In this document: piece after piece, positions 39,533-50,614 of the stretch | Numbering within the stretch: the stretch's first letter is position 1 | Layout of the letters: each line of letters opens with the position of its first letter | Assembly: GCA_964230645.1 (NCBI GenBank) | Contig: CAXRHT010000001.1 | Span: forward strand, 448,001 to 512,000 | Length of the DNA: 64,000 nt | Direction: 5' to 3' | DNA from: Bdellovibrionales bacterium | GTDB taxonomy: Bacteria; Bdellovibrionota; Bdellovibrionia; Bdellovibrionales; JAGQZY01 | The notes under the pieces: model-generated | What the model was told of the DNA's origin: nothing | Seen by the model: only the letters and a program-made list of their open reading frames with translations | The model's database searches: none | Position numbers and translations under genes: made by a program

Positions 39533-41797
39533 ATGCTCAATCAAGAAGTGGAAGTTGCCCTGAATCAGTCGATTCATTTGGCCCAGAAAAAAAATAACGA
39601 GTTGGTCTCATTGGAGCATCTTCTGCACTCCTTGTTGACCTTACCCCCCATCATTCAACTCTGTGACGAACTTGATATCGATCACCAAAAACTACAAAAA
39701 GAACTCAACAGTTTTATCGATCAAAACTCCCCACAACTGACACAACAAAGTCAGGTGCAAAAGCCAGAGTTTACGATCGCTGTTCATCGTGTTTTACAAA
39801 GAGCGGTGATCCAGGTGCAAAACTCTGGAAAATCCATTGTTTTTCCAGAGCATATCTTAATTTCAATTCTTGAAGAAAAAGAGTCCCACGCACGTTACTT
39901 CTTTTTAAAGACAGGTATTGAAACTCACGATGTGGTTAATCTTATTGCCCACGGTCGACTCAATCAAAGCAATCAACAAAACCAAGTGGTGGCGAGTTCG
40001 GAAACTCAAAACTCCGGTAAACAAATTCTCAATCAGTTCACTACAAACCTTAATGAAAAAGCCAAGCAGGGAAAAATCGACCCCATCATTGGACGCATGG
40101 ATGTGATCGAGAGAATGGTTCAAGTTCTATCTCGCAGAACAAAAAACAATCCCCTTCTTGTGGGTGAGCCTGGCGTCGGGAAAACGGCCTTGGCTGACGG
40201 CTTGGCATTGAAGATTGTTAATAAAGAGGTTCCAAAGCAACTTGAAAATGCGGTGATCTACTCTCTTGATTTAGGCTCTCTTATTGCGGGCTCTAAATAC
40301 CGTGGAGATTTTGAACAGCGCTTAAAGAAAGTACTCACCGATCTCAACGCACAAAAACACGCGATCTTATTTATCGATGAGATTCACACCATTATGGGTG
40401 CTGGTGCCACCGGTGGAGGCAGCCTTGATGCTTCCAACCTTTTAAAACCTGTGCTCGCTAATGGTGAACTTAGCTGTATCGGTTCAACCACTTATAAAGA
40501 GTTCCGGCAACATCTTGAAAAAGACCGCGCTTTTGCAAGACGTTTTCAGAAAATCGATGTCAACGAGCCCTCTAAAGAAGAGTGTTACGATATTTTGAAT
40601 GGTCTTAAAAAACAGTACGAGGATTTTCATAACGTTACTTTCACAGAAGACATTTTAAAGTCAGCCGTTGATCTTTCTGAAAAATATATTTTTGATAAAC
40701 ATCTCCCAGATAAGGCTATCGATATTATCGATGAGGTCGGAGCAAAAATTAATCTACATAGAGACACGGAAGAGGCCATCGCAGTCACAAAAGACCAATT
40801 GGAGAGTGTCGTGGCTCAGATGGGTCAGGTGCCCTCGCACACTGTTTCTTCATCGGACATCGATAAACTTAAAAATCTTGAGCTTCGCCTAAAATCTCTG
40901 ATCTTTGGACAGGACCCTGCGATCGCGGGTCTGGTATCGGCGATTAAAATGAACCGTGTGGGTCTTGGGCGCGAGCGAAAACCTGTGGGCTCTTTTCTAT
41001 TTGCCGGTCCTACGGGCGTGGGTAAAACGGAGGTGGCCAAGCAGCTCTCTAATCACTTAGGCAACAAATTTGTTCGCTTTGATATGAGTGAGTATATGGA
41101 AAAGCATGCTGTGGCTCGCTTGATCGGTGCACCTCCCGGATACGTAGGCTTTGAAGAAGGCGGACTCCTAACAGAAGAAATCGCAAAGAACCCCTACTGT
41201 GTACTACTTTTTGACGAGATCGAAAAAGCGCACCCGGATCTTTTGAATATCCTGTTACAGGTTTTTGATAACGGAAAACTCACTGATCCTCATGGAAAAA
41301 CAGCGGACTTTACTAATGCCACAATTATTATGACCACAAACTGTGGTGCTAGAGATGCCGCTAAAGGTTCCATTGGAATCAATCCCGGAGATCCTGCGAA
41401 AATCTCTGATGAGGCTATCAAAAGACATTTTTCCCCAGAGTTTTTAAACCGTCTCGATCAGATTGTGCACTTCTCACCTCTGAACCAAGTGATCTGCACA
41501 AGAGTGCTAGATAAGTTTATTATGGAGCTTGGTGAGCAACTCAAACAAAAAGATGTTGAGATCGAAGTGGATGAGAAGGCTAGAGAGTGGTTGATCGATA
41601 AAGGCTTTGATGCCGTTTACGGTGCCAGACCTCTTGCCCGCGTGATCAATGAGCATATCAAAAAGGATCTCTCTGAAGAAATCCTATTTGGAAAACTCAG
41701 CGAAGGCGGCACAGCCAAGGTCAGCGTGAAGAAAGGAGAAATCAGTATTGATTACTCCAAATCCACCCAGAAAACACCTTCCAAAGTGAAAGTCTAA
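39533..41797 (+). CDS. clpA: ATP-dependent Clp protease ATP-binding subunit ClpA
   Basis: Clp N domain, two AAA+ modules ([16 protein letters not shown]), no ClpB middle domain, directly after clpS. Confidence 0.95.
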   Translation: MLNQEVEVALNQSIHLAQKKNNELVSLEHLLHSLLTLPPIIQLCDELDIDHQKLQKELNSFIDQNSPQLTQQSQVQKPEFTIAVHRVLQRAVIQVQNSGKSIVFPEHILISILEEKESHARYFFLKTGIETHDVVNLIAHGRLNQSNQQNQVVASSETQNSGKQILNQFTTNLNEKAKQGKIDPIIGRMDVIERMVQVLSRRTKNNPLLVGEPGVGKTALADGLALKIVNKEVPKQLENAVIYSLDLGSLIAGSKYRGDFEQRLKKVLTDLNAQKHAILFIDEIHTIMGAGATGGGSLDASNLLKPVLANGELSCIGSTTYKEFRQHLEKDRAFARRFQKIDVNEPSKEECYDILNGLKKQYEDFHNVTFTEDILKSAVDLSEKYIFDKHLPDKAIDIIDEVGAKINLHRDTEEAIAVTKDQLESVVAQMGQVPSHTVSSSDIDKLKNLELRLKSLIFGQDPAIAGLVSAIKMNRVGLGRERKPVGSFLFAGPTGVGKTEVAKQLSNHLGNKFVRFDMSEYMEKHAVARLIGAPPGYVGFEEGGLLTEEIAKNPYCVLLFDEIEKAHPDLLNILLQVFDNGKLTDPHGKTADFTNATIIMTTNCGARDAAKGSIGINPGDPAKISDEAIKRHFSPEFLNRLDQIVHFSPLNQVICTRVLDKFIMELGEQLKQKDVEIEVDEKAREWLIDKGFDAVYGARPLARVINEHIKKDLSEEILFGKLSEGGTAKVSVKKGEISIDYSKSTQKTPSKVKV

Positions 41798-41841
41798 AAA
41801 ATTAGAAACCCAAATCACTGAAATTTGGGTTTTCCTTTTTT

Positions 41842-41956
41842 GTCATTCTGAGCGTAGCGAAGAATCTATCGCCACTGTCATTGCGTTACCTATCCGAGTG
41901 CTCGGTAATAGGTCCTTCGCTACGCTCAGAACGACAGACGCTATCTCTGAACGACA
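41842..41956. repeat. REP-like inverted pair
   Basis: GTCATTCTGAGCGTAGCGAAGAATCT ... AGGTCCTTCGCTACGCTCAGAACGAC, immediately after the clpA terminator. Confidence 0.8.
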
Positions 41957-42010
41957 ATTATTAGGCTCTGGACGTCAATGAGTGGGAATGGCCAAGTTTT
42001 AGTTTCACTT

Positions 42011-42445
42011 TTACGGGCACAAATTCTTTAAGGAAAGCTTTTTAATCGTGGTCTTTTGCTGGCACATCACCTGAGGATGTTTCTCCCCTTTTTCCACTTG
42101 AGCATAAAAAGAATCAAGATCCGCCATTTTAGTCTTCATAGCAACCGCTGTCTGCGCTCTGTTGATTTTTAAAGACTCGGGTTTCATATCACAAACGGAG
42201 AAAGAATCTTGAATGGGAAGATCTAAAATATTTTTTTCATCCCCCTCACAGTTTAAACGAAGTTCTACCTGAAAAGGTTGCCCCACAAGGTGGCCCTCAT
42301 CTCTTGCTACAATGTAGGCTTTTCCTTGGCCACCGGCTTCAATCGTTTTTAAAACTCTATAATCAGTGGGATTGGAGCTGTGATCATGAGCCAGAGCTCC
42401 GGAGCTTGATAATAAAATTGATAAACTGACTACTAGATGTTTCAT
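42011..42445 (-). CDS. Small secreted hypothetical protein
   Basis: Signal peptide ending ALA; 4 Cys; 3 nt downstream of the extensin-family gene. Confidence 0.75.
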   Translation of the reverse strand: MKHLVVSLSILLSSSGALAHDHSSNPTDYRVLKTIEAGGQGKAYIVARDEGHLVGQPFQVELRLNCEGDEKNILDLPIQDSFSVCDMKPESLKINRAQTAVAMKTKMADLDSFYAQVEKGEKHPQVMCQQKTTIKKLSLKNLCP

Positions 42446-42448
42446 AAA

Positions 42449-43243
42449 TTACCCCGCACACAATGGATAGGAAAGATGAAGATGATCGTTATGAAGAGAG
42501 TTGCCTCCCAGTTTCGAGGACCGATGCCCTATTGAGCCTTGATACTCGGTGTTTCCTGCTGAGCAAGAAGATGGTAATGAGTCAGCCCAGCAGTCGCGAA
42601 ACTCATCGTAGAAAACGGCCTGCTCTTCTTTATAGTCCCTTAAATAAGTTGAGATCCTGGTTCGATTGCCGTTTTCATCATAGAGGTTAAAGTTAACAAT
42701 ATCCCAAGCTCTGGCGTAAGCGTGATTGCTGAGGCGGCTAGAGCCTCTGGCATCGCGATCATTGTAACTTCCAATGTGGCGAACGAAAATTCTTTTGGGT
42801 TGTGGGATACCGGCTTCAAAAGCGGCTTCTTGCACGCAAGTATAAAAAACTTCATTGAGATTGCTTCCAAAACGAGGATGGAAAAAAGCCGAACCACAAC
42901 GGGAATCACTGTTGTAGCCCCCTTGGGATGCTTTACTCGATTCACACCCATCCCATTTTTGAGCACTGCCGTGAGCCAGACTAAAAAGATTGGAACTTAG
43001 AGAAAATGTATTTTTAAGGGGAACGACAACAGGTCCTGGGGTCACATCACCCGGGTCCTCGATCACAACCACATCGCCTTCGGAATTGGATTCTTCTTCT
43101 TCATCCGGGGCTGGGAAGTCGTCCTCGATTTCTACGTCGTTGTAGCTGGCAAGCTTTCCTAAACTGTCTAAATTGGATTGGTATTGATTACAGCCAACAA
43201 GAAACACTAAAGATGTCATTAATAATACGAATCGTGATGTCAT
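42449..43243 (-). CDS. Extensin-family lipoprotein (putative Zn peptidoglycan peptidase)
   Basis: LVGC lipobox; HIGSYNDR...RLSNHAYARAWDI; HNDHLHLS. Confidence 0.8.
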   Translation of the reverse strand: MTSRFVLLMTSLVFLVGCNQYQSNLDSLGKLASYNDVEIEDDFPAPDEEEESNSEGDVVVIEDPGDVTPGPVVVPLKNTFSLSSNLFSLAHGSAQKWDGCESSKASQGGYNSDSRCGSAFFHPRFGSNLNEVFYTCVQEAAFEAGIPQPKRIFVRHIGSYNDRDARGSSRLSNHAYARAWDIVNFNLYDENGNRTRISTYLRDYKEEQAVFYDEFRDCWADSLPSSCSAGNTEYQGSIGHRSSKLGGNSLHNDHLHLSYPLCAG

Positions 43244-43443
43244 AGTGTTTAGCTCGGCTCTGGACTAGGCTTTATTAAATTCTATGTCTCAATTTGGGAT
43301 AGACTTTCGATGAGATGAGAATGAAGCCAGCTAGAAATTGAAAAAAAGTGCTCTGAGTTCAAATTGCTAATATTTATGACAATTTTGTGTAATTTCTCCC
43401 ACTTTATACTAAAATAAAAGGTGGATTGTATCGGGGGATCATT

Positions 43444-45075
43444 TTGCCAAGAAATACTATTATCTCTACTTTTCTTCTTTCACTTTTAGGCTTGCTTTTT
43501 GTTTTCCAAAACTGCGGCCGCCCCCATATGCCGGCTCGCACTGATAATAACAAATCGGAAATCCCGCCTTATAATCCCGATCTAGAACCTGACTTGGACC
43601 GCGAAGGTGATGGCGATCCTGTGGATTTAGGAGATGGTAAGGTTCTCTACTCTTCTGTGCGAAGAGCCGGGACCGGTCAGCACGACAGTAATTGGAGTTT
43701 AAGTAATACCAGTGACGGTGGTTATATCACGACAGGCGTTCGTGCTGCTGTGGTTGGTGAGGCGGACTCTTACAATATTCTTTTTCAAAAATTTAATGAT
43801 AAAGGGGATCTCGTTTACGCCATTGAAATCTTTGAGGACTTTCAAGATCAAGGATACCGGGCTATTGAACTTCCGAACTCTTACTTAGTCGTTGGTAGAA
43901 CTCTTGCACTCCTCGAAGGAGAACCTGAATCCCGTAAGGGCGATAGCTTTTTTGTTTATCTTAATAAAGCTGATGGAAAAATTATCGAGGCCAAAAGAAT
44001 TGGTAACAACCATTTTCAACAAATCAATGACGTCATTTACGTCAACGATGTGAATCCCTATTTAATCGCTGTGGGCCGATTTTATCAAAACGCTGATGAA
44101 CAATCGGGTCTCATAATGAAATTGGATCTCGGGACTAATATCATTTGGGAGAAAAAATACACACTCGATAACTCTATTGTTGAATTTCGATCAGTGACCC
44201 ATGCTCCGGGAAAAGGTTTTTATGTAGTTGGCTCACGGAAAGCTTCCAATGCCAATCACGGCGATTCCATGATCACTCGTTTTAATGAAGGTGGTTTTCT
44301 TCTCGATAGTCAGGTCACTACCAGCCAACCTGATCATGATGACTTTTTCACAGATGTTATCCACGCCCGCGGTCGCATTATTGCCTTTGGGCGTATGGCC
44401 GGAAATGGCTATCACACTGATGGAAGTCTTATTGTTTTTGACTACAATCTGGGCTTTAAAAACGCGTGGATGATCGGGGAGAATTCTTCACCGAGTTATT
44501 TCACCGGAGGCCGCGCCACCCACGATGGTGGATTTATAATGGCCGGTAAGTACCGTCCAGCGGGGAACTCGTCTCCGTGGTACAATTGGTTAGTTAAAAT
44601 CAAAAAGAAGGAAAAAGAAGAAGAAGATGATGATGAGGATACAGAGAATAGTAATGACTATGAGGTCGAATTCTCAAAGGGGTACGGTATCAACCATAAC
44701 AGCTATGGTTACTACTCTCACCCAGTGACTATTAGGAAAGATTTTGGCTATGCCCTAATCGCTAATGTCAAAGACGAACCCAGTGGAGCCGCGATGGATC
44801 CCTACTTGCTTCTCATCAACCAGTACGGAAACATTCCCGCTGGCTGCGGACTAAATGCCCTAGATCTCAAGGCTACGGTGAAAGATAAAAGTGGCGAATT
44901 GGTTAACAATGAATTACAAGGCGCTATTGAGTTTCGAGGGATCACTCCCGCTGAGCAGAATCTCTCTCTTGATATCGATGATATCTTTGGAGACGAAGTA
45001 AATTTCAATGAGCTCGATCCTGGACGCAACAATTACTGTGTTGAGGACGCCTATATCCTTTATCCGGATAATTAA
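43444..45075 (+). CDS. FQNC-type lipoprotein with beta-propeller-like repeats
   Basis: FVFQNC signal; repeated TSDGGYITTG / THDGGFIMAG / W-x-K blades; TTG start after GGGGG. Confidence 0.75.
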   Translation: MPRNTIISTFLLSLLGLLFVFQNCGRPHMPARTDNNKSEIPPYNPDLEPDLDREGDGDPVDLGDGKVLYSSVRRAGTGQHDSNWSLSNTSDGGYITTGVRAAVVGEADSYNILFQKFNDKGDLVYAIEIFEDFQDQGYRAIELPNSYLVVGRTLALLEGEPESRKGDSFFVYLNKADGKIIEAKRIGNNHFQQINDVIYVNDVNPYLIAVGRFYQNADEQSGLIMKLDLGTNIIWEKKYTLDNSIVEFRSVTHAPGKGFYVVGSRKASNANHGDSMITRFNEGGFLLDSQVTTSQPDHDDFFTDVIHARGRIIAFGRMAGNGYHTDGSLIVFDYNLGFKNAWMIGENSSPSYFTGGRATHDGGFIMAGKYRPAGNSSPWYNWLVKIKKKEKEEEDDDEDTENSNDYEVEFSKGYGINHNSYGYYSHPVTIRKDFGYALIANVKDEPSGAAMDPYLLLINQYGNIPAGCGLNALDLKATVKDKSGELVNNELQGAIEFRGITPAEQNLSLDIDDIFGDEVNFNELDPGRNNYCVEDAYILYPDN

Positions 45076-45185
45076 TAAGTTTTAAGAGCTTTGGCTTAGA
45101 TTTATCGAATCGGTGAGGCTTTGTCGCAAATACATCATGAGGGCATTTTCTTGCCTATCTCTCAAGGCCCATTTAACATGGGCCA

Positions 45186-46109
45186 ATGTTCAGCCAACTA
45201 ACAGATCGACAAAAAGGTTTAGGGGCAGCGCTAGGGACCGCGGGAACCTGGTCCCTTCTTGCTATTCTGCTCAAATTTGCCCTTCACTACGCTGATTCCT
45301 ATACTATTGTTTGTTACCGCATGGCCGTGGCTTTTATAGCTCTGCTCTCTTGGTTTTTGTTTAAAGGAAAGCTAACCGAACTCAAGGTGTTTAAAAGCCG
45401 TCCGGGGTTGTTGCTTATTGCTTCTCTTTGTTTGGCCGCTAATTACGTGGGTTTTATGCAAGGGATCCATTACACTTCTCCAGCTAATGCACAAATCTTC
45501 ATTCAAATTGGCCCCTTATTTCTTGCTCTCTCTGGGCTTTATTTCTTTAAAGAGAGCCTTAGTCGTAAACAGTGGATGGGACTTTCATTGTGTCTTGTGG
45601 GTTTTGGACTCTTTTTTCTCGACCGAATGGACAAATTTCAGGCCGATTCCTCTCGCTTTTTCATAGGGCTGTCTTGGATTGTTATGGCTGCCCTGTTATG
45701 GGCGGTTTTTGCTAGCCTGCAGAAGTATTTACTGACTTGGTGGAAGAGCTCTCAGATCAACATTTACGTCTACCTTGTAGCGACCTTGGTCTATTTGCCT
45801 CTTTTCGATTGGCAAAGCATTGTGGATCTTCCTTGGTCCATTCATCTTCTATACATATTTTTGGGGCTCAACACCATTGTCGCCTATGGCTTTCTTGCAA
45901 TCGCTTTAAAGTATCTTCCAGCCACTCAAGTGAGCCCCATCCTGACCACAAATCCTCTCCTAACCTTGGTTTTTATCACCATCATAGATGCTATGAACTG
46001 GGGCTTTATTCCAAGAGACCCCATTGGCTTTAAAGGTTACCTAGGCGCTATTATCGCCATCCTAGGGGTGCGTTTTGTCATATTAAAGAAAAAGAAGCTA
46101 AATGTGTAA
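45186..46109 (+). CDS. DMT/EamA family transporter
   Basis: About 10 TM segments in two EamA halves; NYVGFMQGIHYTSPANAQ, NTIVAYG. Confidence 0.9.
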   Translation: MFSQLTDRQKGLGAALGTAGTWSLLAILLKFALHYADSYTIVCYRMAVAFIALLSWFLFKGKLTELKVFKSRPGLLLIASLCLAANYVGFMQGIHYTSPANAQIFIQIGPLFLALSGLYFFKESLSRKQWMGLSLCLVGFGLFFLDRMDKFQADSSRFFIGLSWIVMAALLWAVFASLQKYLLTWWKSSQINIYVYLVATLVYLPLFDWQSIVDLPWSIHLLYIFLGLNTIVAYGFLAIALKYLPATQVSPILTTNPLLTLVFITIIDAMNWGFIPRDPIGFKGYLGAIIAILGVRFVILKKKKLNV

Positions 46110-46157
46110 GCATGAGTGTCAGGATTTGACCTCAATCAAGCAAGCTTCAACAATAGA

Positions 46158-48194
46158 GAGATGATATTAAACTGGATTCTAGCCCCTATTTTTCTTATCG
46201 CAGCCGTTTCACCAAACCCGGAAGACCCGCAAACGGCATTCAATCAAAAATATAAAAGCGCTATTGATGAAATTCGCAAAGAGGGCTCGTGCAAAGAGCT
46301 TGAGCTTTTATCTAAAAATGATGACTTCAGGCTCCATGAATTGGCTGGTCTGCGCTGGACTGAAAAGTGCGTTTCCAATCCTAACTGGGAGAACCTAGAA
46401 GAAAACACCAAGATGAGCCTTTTACTTCCTTTTATATCGGAGGCTCACTTTCGTTGGGCTTTTGAAAATAAAAAATACAAAGAAGCTTACCAAGTCTATC
46501 GTCGTCGTCAGAAAGCCATCGATCTCGACGGTAAAGAGTTTGATGACTTGGCTACGAATACTTTGAAAACCAATCTTTCTAAAAAAGAAAAAGAGATTCT
46601 CAGTAAAAAACTTGAAGAGAGATCCCCTCGCTTTATTAAAAACCCAAAGAAAAAAGAATACCAGAAAGTCGCTCGAGATTTCAGAAGGGATCGCCAATTT
46701 GAAAAAGCTCTTTTTTACTATCGCAAGGTAATTAACGATCCAAGTTTTTCCCTCAAAGAGCGCTGGTACGCTTTCAAAGGGGCCAGGCTCACCTATAAAC
46801 TTGAGCGCTGGTCGCGTATGAAAAAATATATCAAAGCCTCTAAACAGTGGGCTGACTTTTTACAAGAAGAGTACAAAAGATCCAGACAGCTCACGCGCTA
46901 TCATCATAATGCCAACATTGAATACGTTCGCACTCTCTGGACGGAAAAAGGCCAGAGTCTGGCTGGAAAGGTGCTTGATCAATTAGAAAAGGATTTAAAA
47001 GGTCGCTACAGTCTTCAAATGGTCTATTGGCTTAAGGGAAAAATGGCCGAGGAACGCAAAGAGTACAAAAAGGCTGTCTTTTGGCTTGATAAATCTTCAA
47101 ATGAAAGAAAAGTTTCTGATAGCGATTTGCAAAGAGTTCTGTGGGCTCTGGCCTGGAACCAAAGGCGAATCAACGACTTTGCAGGCTCTCAGGCCACACT
47201 CGAAAGACTTAAAAAAAGTCCGGATCTCACCCATTTTGCAAAGACAAAATATCTCTATTGGCAGGCAGAGAATATTCTTTCCCAAGGAAAAAAAGAAGAG
47301 GGAATGGAAGCTTTTCGTAGACTGGCTGAGTTTGATCTTTATGGTTTTTATGGGGCTTTGGCCTATAGGAAATTAGGAGAAAGTTTTCCCTCCCCTCCAC
47401 GTCCTACTCTCAGCCCGAACAATTTTAATTCTTTTTTCAAACCCACCGACTTTGCTCTTTTTGAAAGTTTGGTTGAGGTGGATGAAAGAGAGCTGGCTGA
47501 AGCCTTAATTAATGACGAAGTTAAACAAGACCCTTCCTGGGGAACCGAAGAATGGGTGGCTTACCTCAAACTCTTGCAAAAAGCAGGAGCTTATCGCCGC
47601 TTTTTTATTCGCTATCACAGCTTGCCACCAAAACTTCAGCTGTCAGTTCTTGAGGAGCACCCCTATCTGCTTTTTCCACAACCTTACAAAAAAGAGGTGG
47701 TACAGTCCTCGAAGAAAACGCAAGTTTCTCCGGCTCTTATTTACTCTATCATGAAGCAAGAATCTGGTTTTGACGTCAAAGCAAGAAGTCCAGCGGATGC
47801 TTTCGGACTCTTGCAACTGATCCCACAGGTGGCTGAAAAAGCGGCGGAACGCATGCCAACAGTCGCCTACAGTGACCCCTATGACTTGTTTAAACCTCAT
47901 GTGGTTATTCCCCTTGGAGCGAATAACCTTCATCATCTTTTTTCAAGGTTTAATGGCAACTTTATTTTATCGGTGGCTTCTTACAATGCTTCCGAGCAAG
48001 CGGTGAAGGGTTGGATAAAGTCTCGCTTTCATGGAGACCCGATAACCTTTATTGAAGACATTCCCTACGAAGAAACCAAAGGCTATGTGAAGCTTGTCAT
48101 GAGAAATTATATTACTTATAACCGCTTTCAAGAAAAAGAGGAGCCTTTCACCTTCCCGGAAATTTGTCTATCTGGTCTTGAAAAGTTTAAATAA
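46158..48194 (+). CDS. slt: Soluble lytic murein transglycosylase (Slt-like, TPR superhelix + SLT domain)
   Basis: IYSIMKQESGF, SPADAFGLLQLIP, ASYNA, FIEDIPYEETKGYVKLV; start approximate. Confidence 0.88.
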   Translation, partial: EMILNWILAPIFLIAAVSPNPEDPQTAFNQKYKSAIDEIRKEGSCKELELLSKNDDFRLHELAGLRWTEKCVSNPNWENLEENTKMSLLLPFISEAHFRWAFENKKYKEAYQVYRRRQKAIDLDGKEFDDLATNTLKTNLSKKEKEILSKKLEERSPRFIKNPKKKEYQKVARDFRRDRQFEKALFYYRKVINDPSFSLKERWYAFKGARLTYKLERWSRMKKYIKASKQWADFLQEEYKRSRQLTRYHHNANIEYVRTLWTEKGQSLAGKVLDQLEKDLKGRYSLQMVYWLKGKMAEERKEYKKAVFWLDKSSNERKVSDSDLQRVLWALAWNQRRINDFAGSQATLERLKKSPDLTHFAKTKYLYWQAENILSQGKKEEGMEAFRRLAEFDLYGFYGALAYRKLGESFPSPPRPTLSPNNFNSFFKPTDFALFESLVEVDERELAEALINDEVKQDPSWGTEEWVAYLKLLQKAGAYRRFFIRYHSLPPKLQLSVLEEHPYLLFPQPYKKEVVQSSKKTQVSPALIYSIMKQESGFDVKARSPADAFGLLQLIPQVAEKAAERMPTVAYSDPYDLFKPHVVIPLGANNLHHLFSRFNGNFILSVASYNASEQAVKGWIKSRFHGDPITFIEDIPYEETKGYVKLVMRNYITYNRFQEKEEPFTFPEICLSGLEKFK

Positions 48195-48208
48195 GTTTTT
48201 TTTCTCCC

Positions 48209-48534
48209 GTCAGTCTGATTTGGGTTTTAGTCAGGCTGATTTGAGTTCCTGTCATCATGGTCTTCCTGACTGTCGTCCTGGCTTCCTTAATGGTCATCCT
48301 GAGGCGAAGCCGAAGGATCTTGACAAAATAGCTTCAGATTCTTCGGTTTCACCTCAGAATGACAATAATAATATTATTTTTTTCCAACACTCACATGTGC
48401 AAAAGATCCTTCGCTTCGCTCAGGATGACAGGAAAGAAGATCAGGATGACAGGAAAGAGGATCAGGATGACAAGAAAGAGGATCAGGATGACGGGAAAGG
48501 AGATTAGGAGAACAGGGAAGGAGATCAGAATGAC
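48209..48534. repeat. REP-like cluster (three arms) with 21-bp tandem sub-repeats on both flanks
   Basis: Left GTC units at 48209, 48230, 48251, 48272 and 48293. Right CAGGATGAC-type units end at 48429, 48450, 48471, 48492, 48513 and 48534. Confidence 0.85.
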
Positions 48535-48636
48535 CGTTAATATAATGGTCTTCCCGGACTTGAGAAACTTAAATAAAAAAAATCACCTCACCGAAGGGTG
48601 AGATGATTTCTTGGCGCTTTAAATTAAACTCTGCTT

Positions 48637-50286
48637 TTAGAATTTCGGTATTTTGAAATGCCCTGATTTTCCAATCAAATCGTTGCCTCCGGGTGCGGCT
48701 TTCACAATTTGAATTCCATGGAGATACAGTTTTTTACCGGCATGAGCTTTAAGCTTTCCTTTTGGAATAATAATATTAAAGCGGTTTTTAGAAACGGCAT
48801 CACACCTTTGATGCACTCCTTTTTCAGACCCGCGGTCTGTTTTAAAAGCATGGATCATTTTACCGCCTCTACCAGCGGCATTACCTACATACACATGCAC
48901 GTTTAGAGGCATGGCCATTGATTTCTGACAGGCCCAACCGGCCACACGTAATCCACTGGCTGTCTTTTTCACGACATCAATATGCCCATCAATTTTCCCG
49001 GGAGTTTTTCTAAGCGCAAAAGTGAGATGTTTCTTTCTAATCGAATCATAGGCTCTAAACTTAATATTTGGATGCCCTGGAGATTGCCTTGCAATGGATG
49101 CTTGACGAACGCCTCGACTCATATTCACAGGCAATGGGTAATTGACCCAGCGACCATGATAGCACCAAACATGGTCGTAAACATTTGGTGCCTCACCCGA
49201 AACAAGCAAACATTTATGTCTCACCGATGGATCGTTTTCGTTAAAGGCTTGCACTCTTAAAAACTCGGTCATGACTCCCGTTTTAGCTTGTAAAATTTTG
49301 GAGGTATCAAAAGAGATACCCTCTTTCGTTCTGGAATCAAACTTCATTGTACTTAGCCTGATGCTGGCGTGTTGACCAACTGTGATTAAATCAGGAAGTC
49401 CGTCGCTGTTGTAATCGAGAAAAGCGCTGTCCATCATATGAAGGCCATCGTATTTTCTGTAGCCATTCAGGCTAAAAGTAGAAAAAGCATTGAGAGGAGT
49501 TCCAAGAGCTCCCCCTCTCCAAGGAAGATCAGAGTCCACAGTAAGATCAATGGCGGCCGCCTTTCCTCCCGTACCTTCTTCAAATTTAATAAGGGCCGTA
49601 TTGGTTCCTGAGCCCCCACGGGTGATGGGCCCATCATAGCCAGAATAAAAGCACATAGCTCCAGGGGCGAAACCTCTTTTCACAAGAGTGGCTGGAAATT
49701 CAGTACACTTCACAGAGCGAGCGGCACTTCTGAAATTAAAACTACGACCTTCTTGAGTGATGACTGCTGTTTGCTTTCTCACATTAAAGAGGCCACCTGG
49801 TTTGGTGTCACCTTTATTATAAAGTAGATATTGTATTGCCGGGATTCGATAACCAACCGCAGGATTAGCATAAGCCGAACCGATGACTACTGAAGGGTGG
49901 TTCCCCTTTATTCGAACCACACTACAGCTTGTTACACCCAGCTTGGTTTTTCCACCGTAGCTACCGTGATTGATTTCAGGATTAGGCAAAGCCCAGGCGA
50001 ATAACTTTCGATTCAGATTTTTTCCGTCTTTAATAATAACTCGCTGGTGAGCACAATCGAGAAGATCCTTGACTCCATCTTTGTTAAAGTCGTGACTAAA
50101 ACGTCCATCCAGATCTCTAGAGACTTTGTCCTTTACATGTAAAATTTGATAAGGATTAGCGAACGAAGCAGCAGCGCTAAAAATATCACCTTCTCCCAAT
50201 TCGCCAAGTTCAGCATCAAATTGTCCACAGTTTTGAACAAGTACCATCATGAGAAATAGCGGAGCCGCTATTAAAAACTTTTTCAT
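48637..50286 (-). CDS. VQNC-type lipoprotein with FG-GAP/VCBS-like motifs and a C-terminal beta domain
   Basis: MVLVQNC signal; DFNKDGVKDL and DYNSDGLPDL Ca-binding-like loops; C-terminal GHIDVV...VAGWAC...VHVYVG; ATG 50286 after GGGGGG. Confidence 0.75.
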   Translation of the reverse strand: MKKFLIAAPLFLMMVLVQNCGQFDAELGELGEGDIFSAAASFANPYQILHVKDKVSRDLDGRFSHDFNKDGVKDLLDCAHQRVIIKDGKNLNRKLFAWALPNPEINHGSYGGKTKLGVTSCSVVRIKGNHPSVVIGSAYANPAVGYRIPAIQYLLYNKGDTKPGGLFNVRKQTAVITQEGRSFNFRSAARSVKCTEFPATLVKRGFAPGAMCFYSGYDGPITRGGSGTNTALIKFEEGTGGKAAAIDLTVDSDLPWRGGALGTPLNAFSTFSLNGYRKYDGLHMMDSAFLDYNSDGLPDLITVGQHASIRLSTMKFDSRTKEGISFDTSKILQAKTGVMTEFLRVQAFNENDPSVRHKCLLVSGEAPNVYDHVWCYHGRWVNYPLPVNMSRGVRQASIARQSPGHPNIKFRAYDSIRKKHLTFALRKTPGKIDGHIDVVKKTASGLRVAGWACQKSMAMPLNVHVYVGNAAGRGGKMIHAFKTDRGSEKGVHQRCDAVSKNRFNIIIPKGKLKAHAGKKLYLHGIQIVKAAPGGNDLIGKSGHFKIPKF

Positions 50287-50614
50287 AATTCCCCCCATAT
50301 CCACTTTTAAATCTAGCACGTCTGTTTCGATTCACTGATACTTGTCTTATTTTGAGATTTTCCCCTCTAAACCGCCCCTTGGACGTCTAAAATATAAACA
50401 CCAATTAGCGGTCAGAGTCTTTAGGAAGGCCCTTTTTTACAGAGTAAAAAGAAAATCGCGGGGCGTGCTTTTAGAGCTAATTCACCTGATTTCAGATATT
50501 TAGATCATTTAATTAATCAAATTATTAATTTTAATCGCTAAAATTCAGTATCTTCATCTATTAATTCTAAAATTTTGGGTTAATTTAACTCCGAACTTAA
50601 CAAAGGAGAAAACA

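Noticed and set aside
48178..48601. ORFs with DDRKEDQ / RMTGKKI peptide repeats
   Set aside because: Translations of the REP-associated 21-bp tandem array; no RBS or protein-like composition
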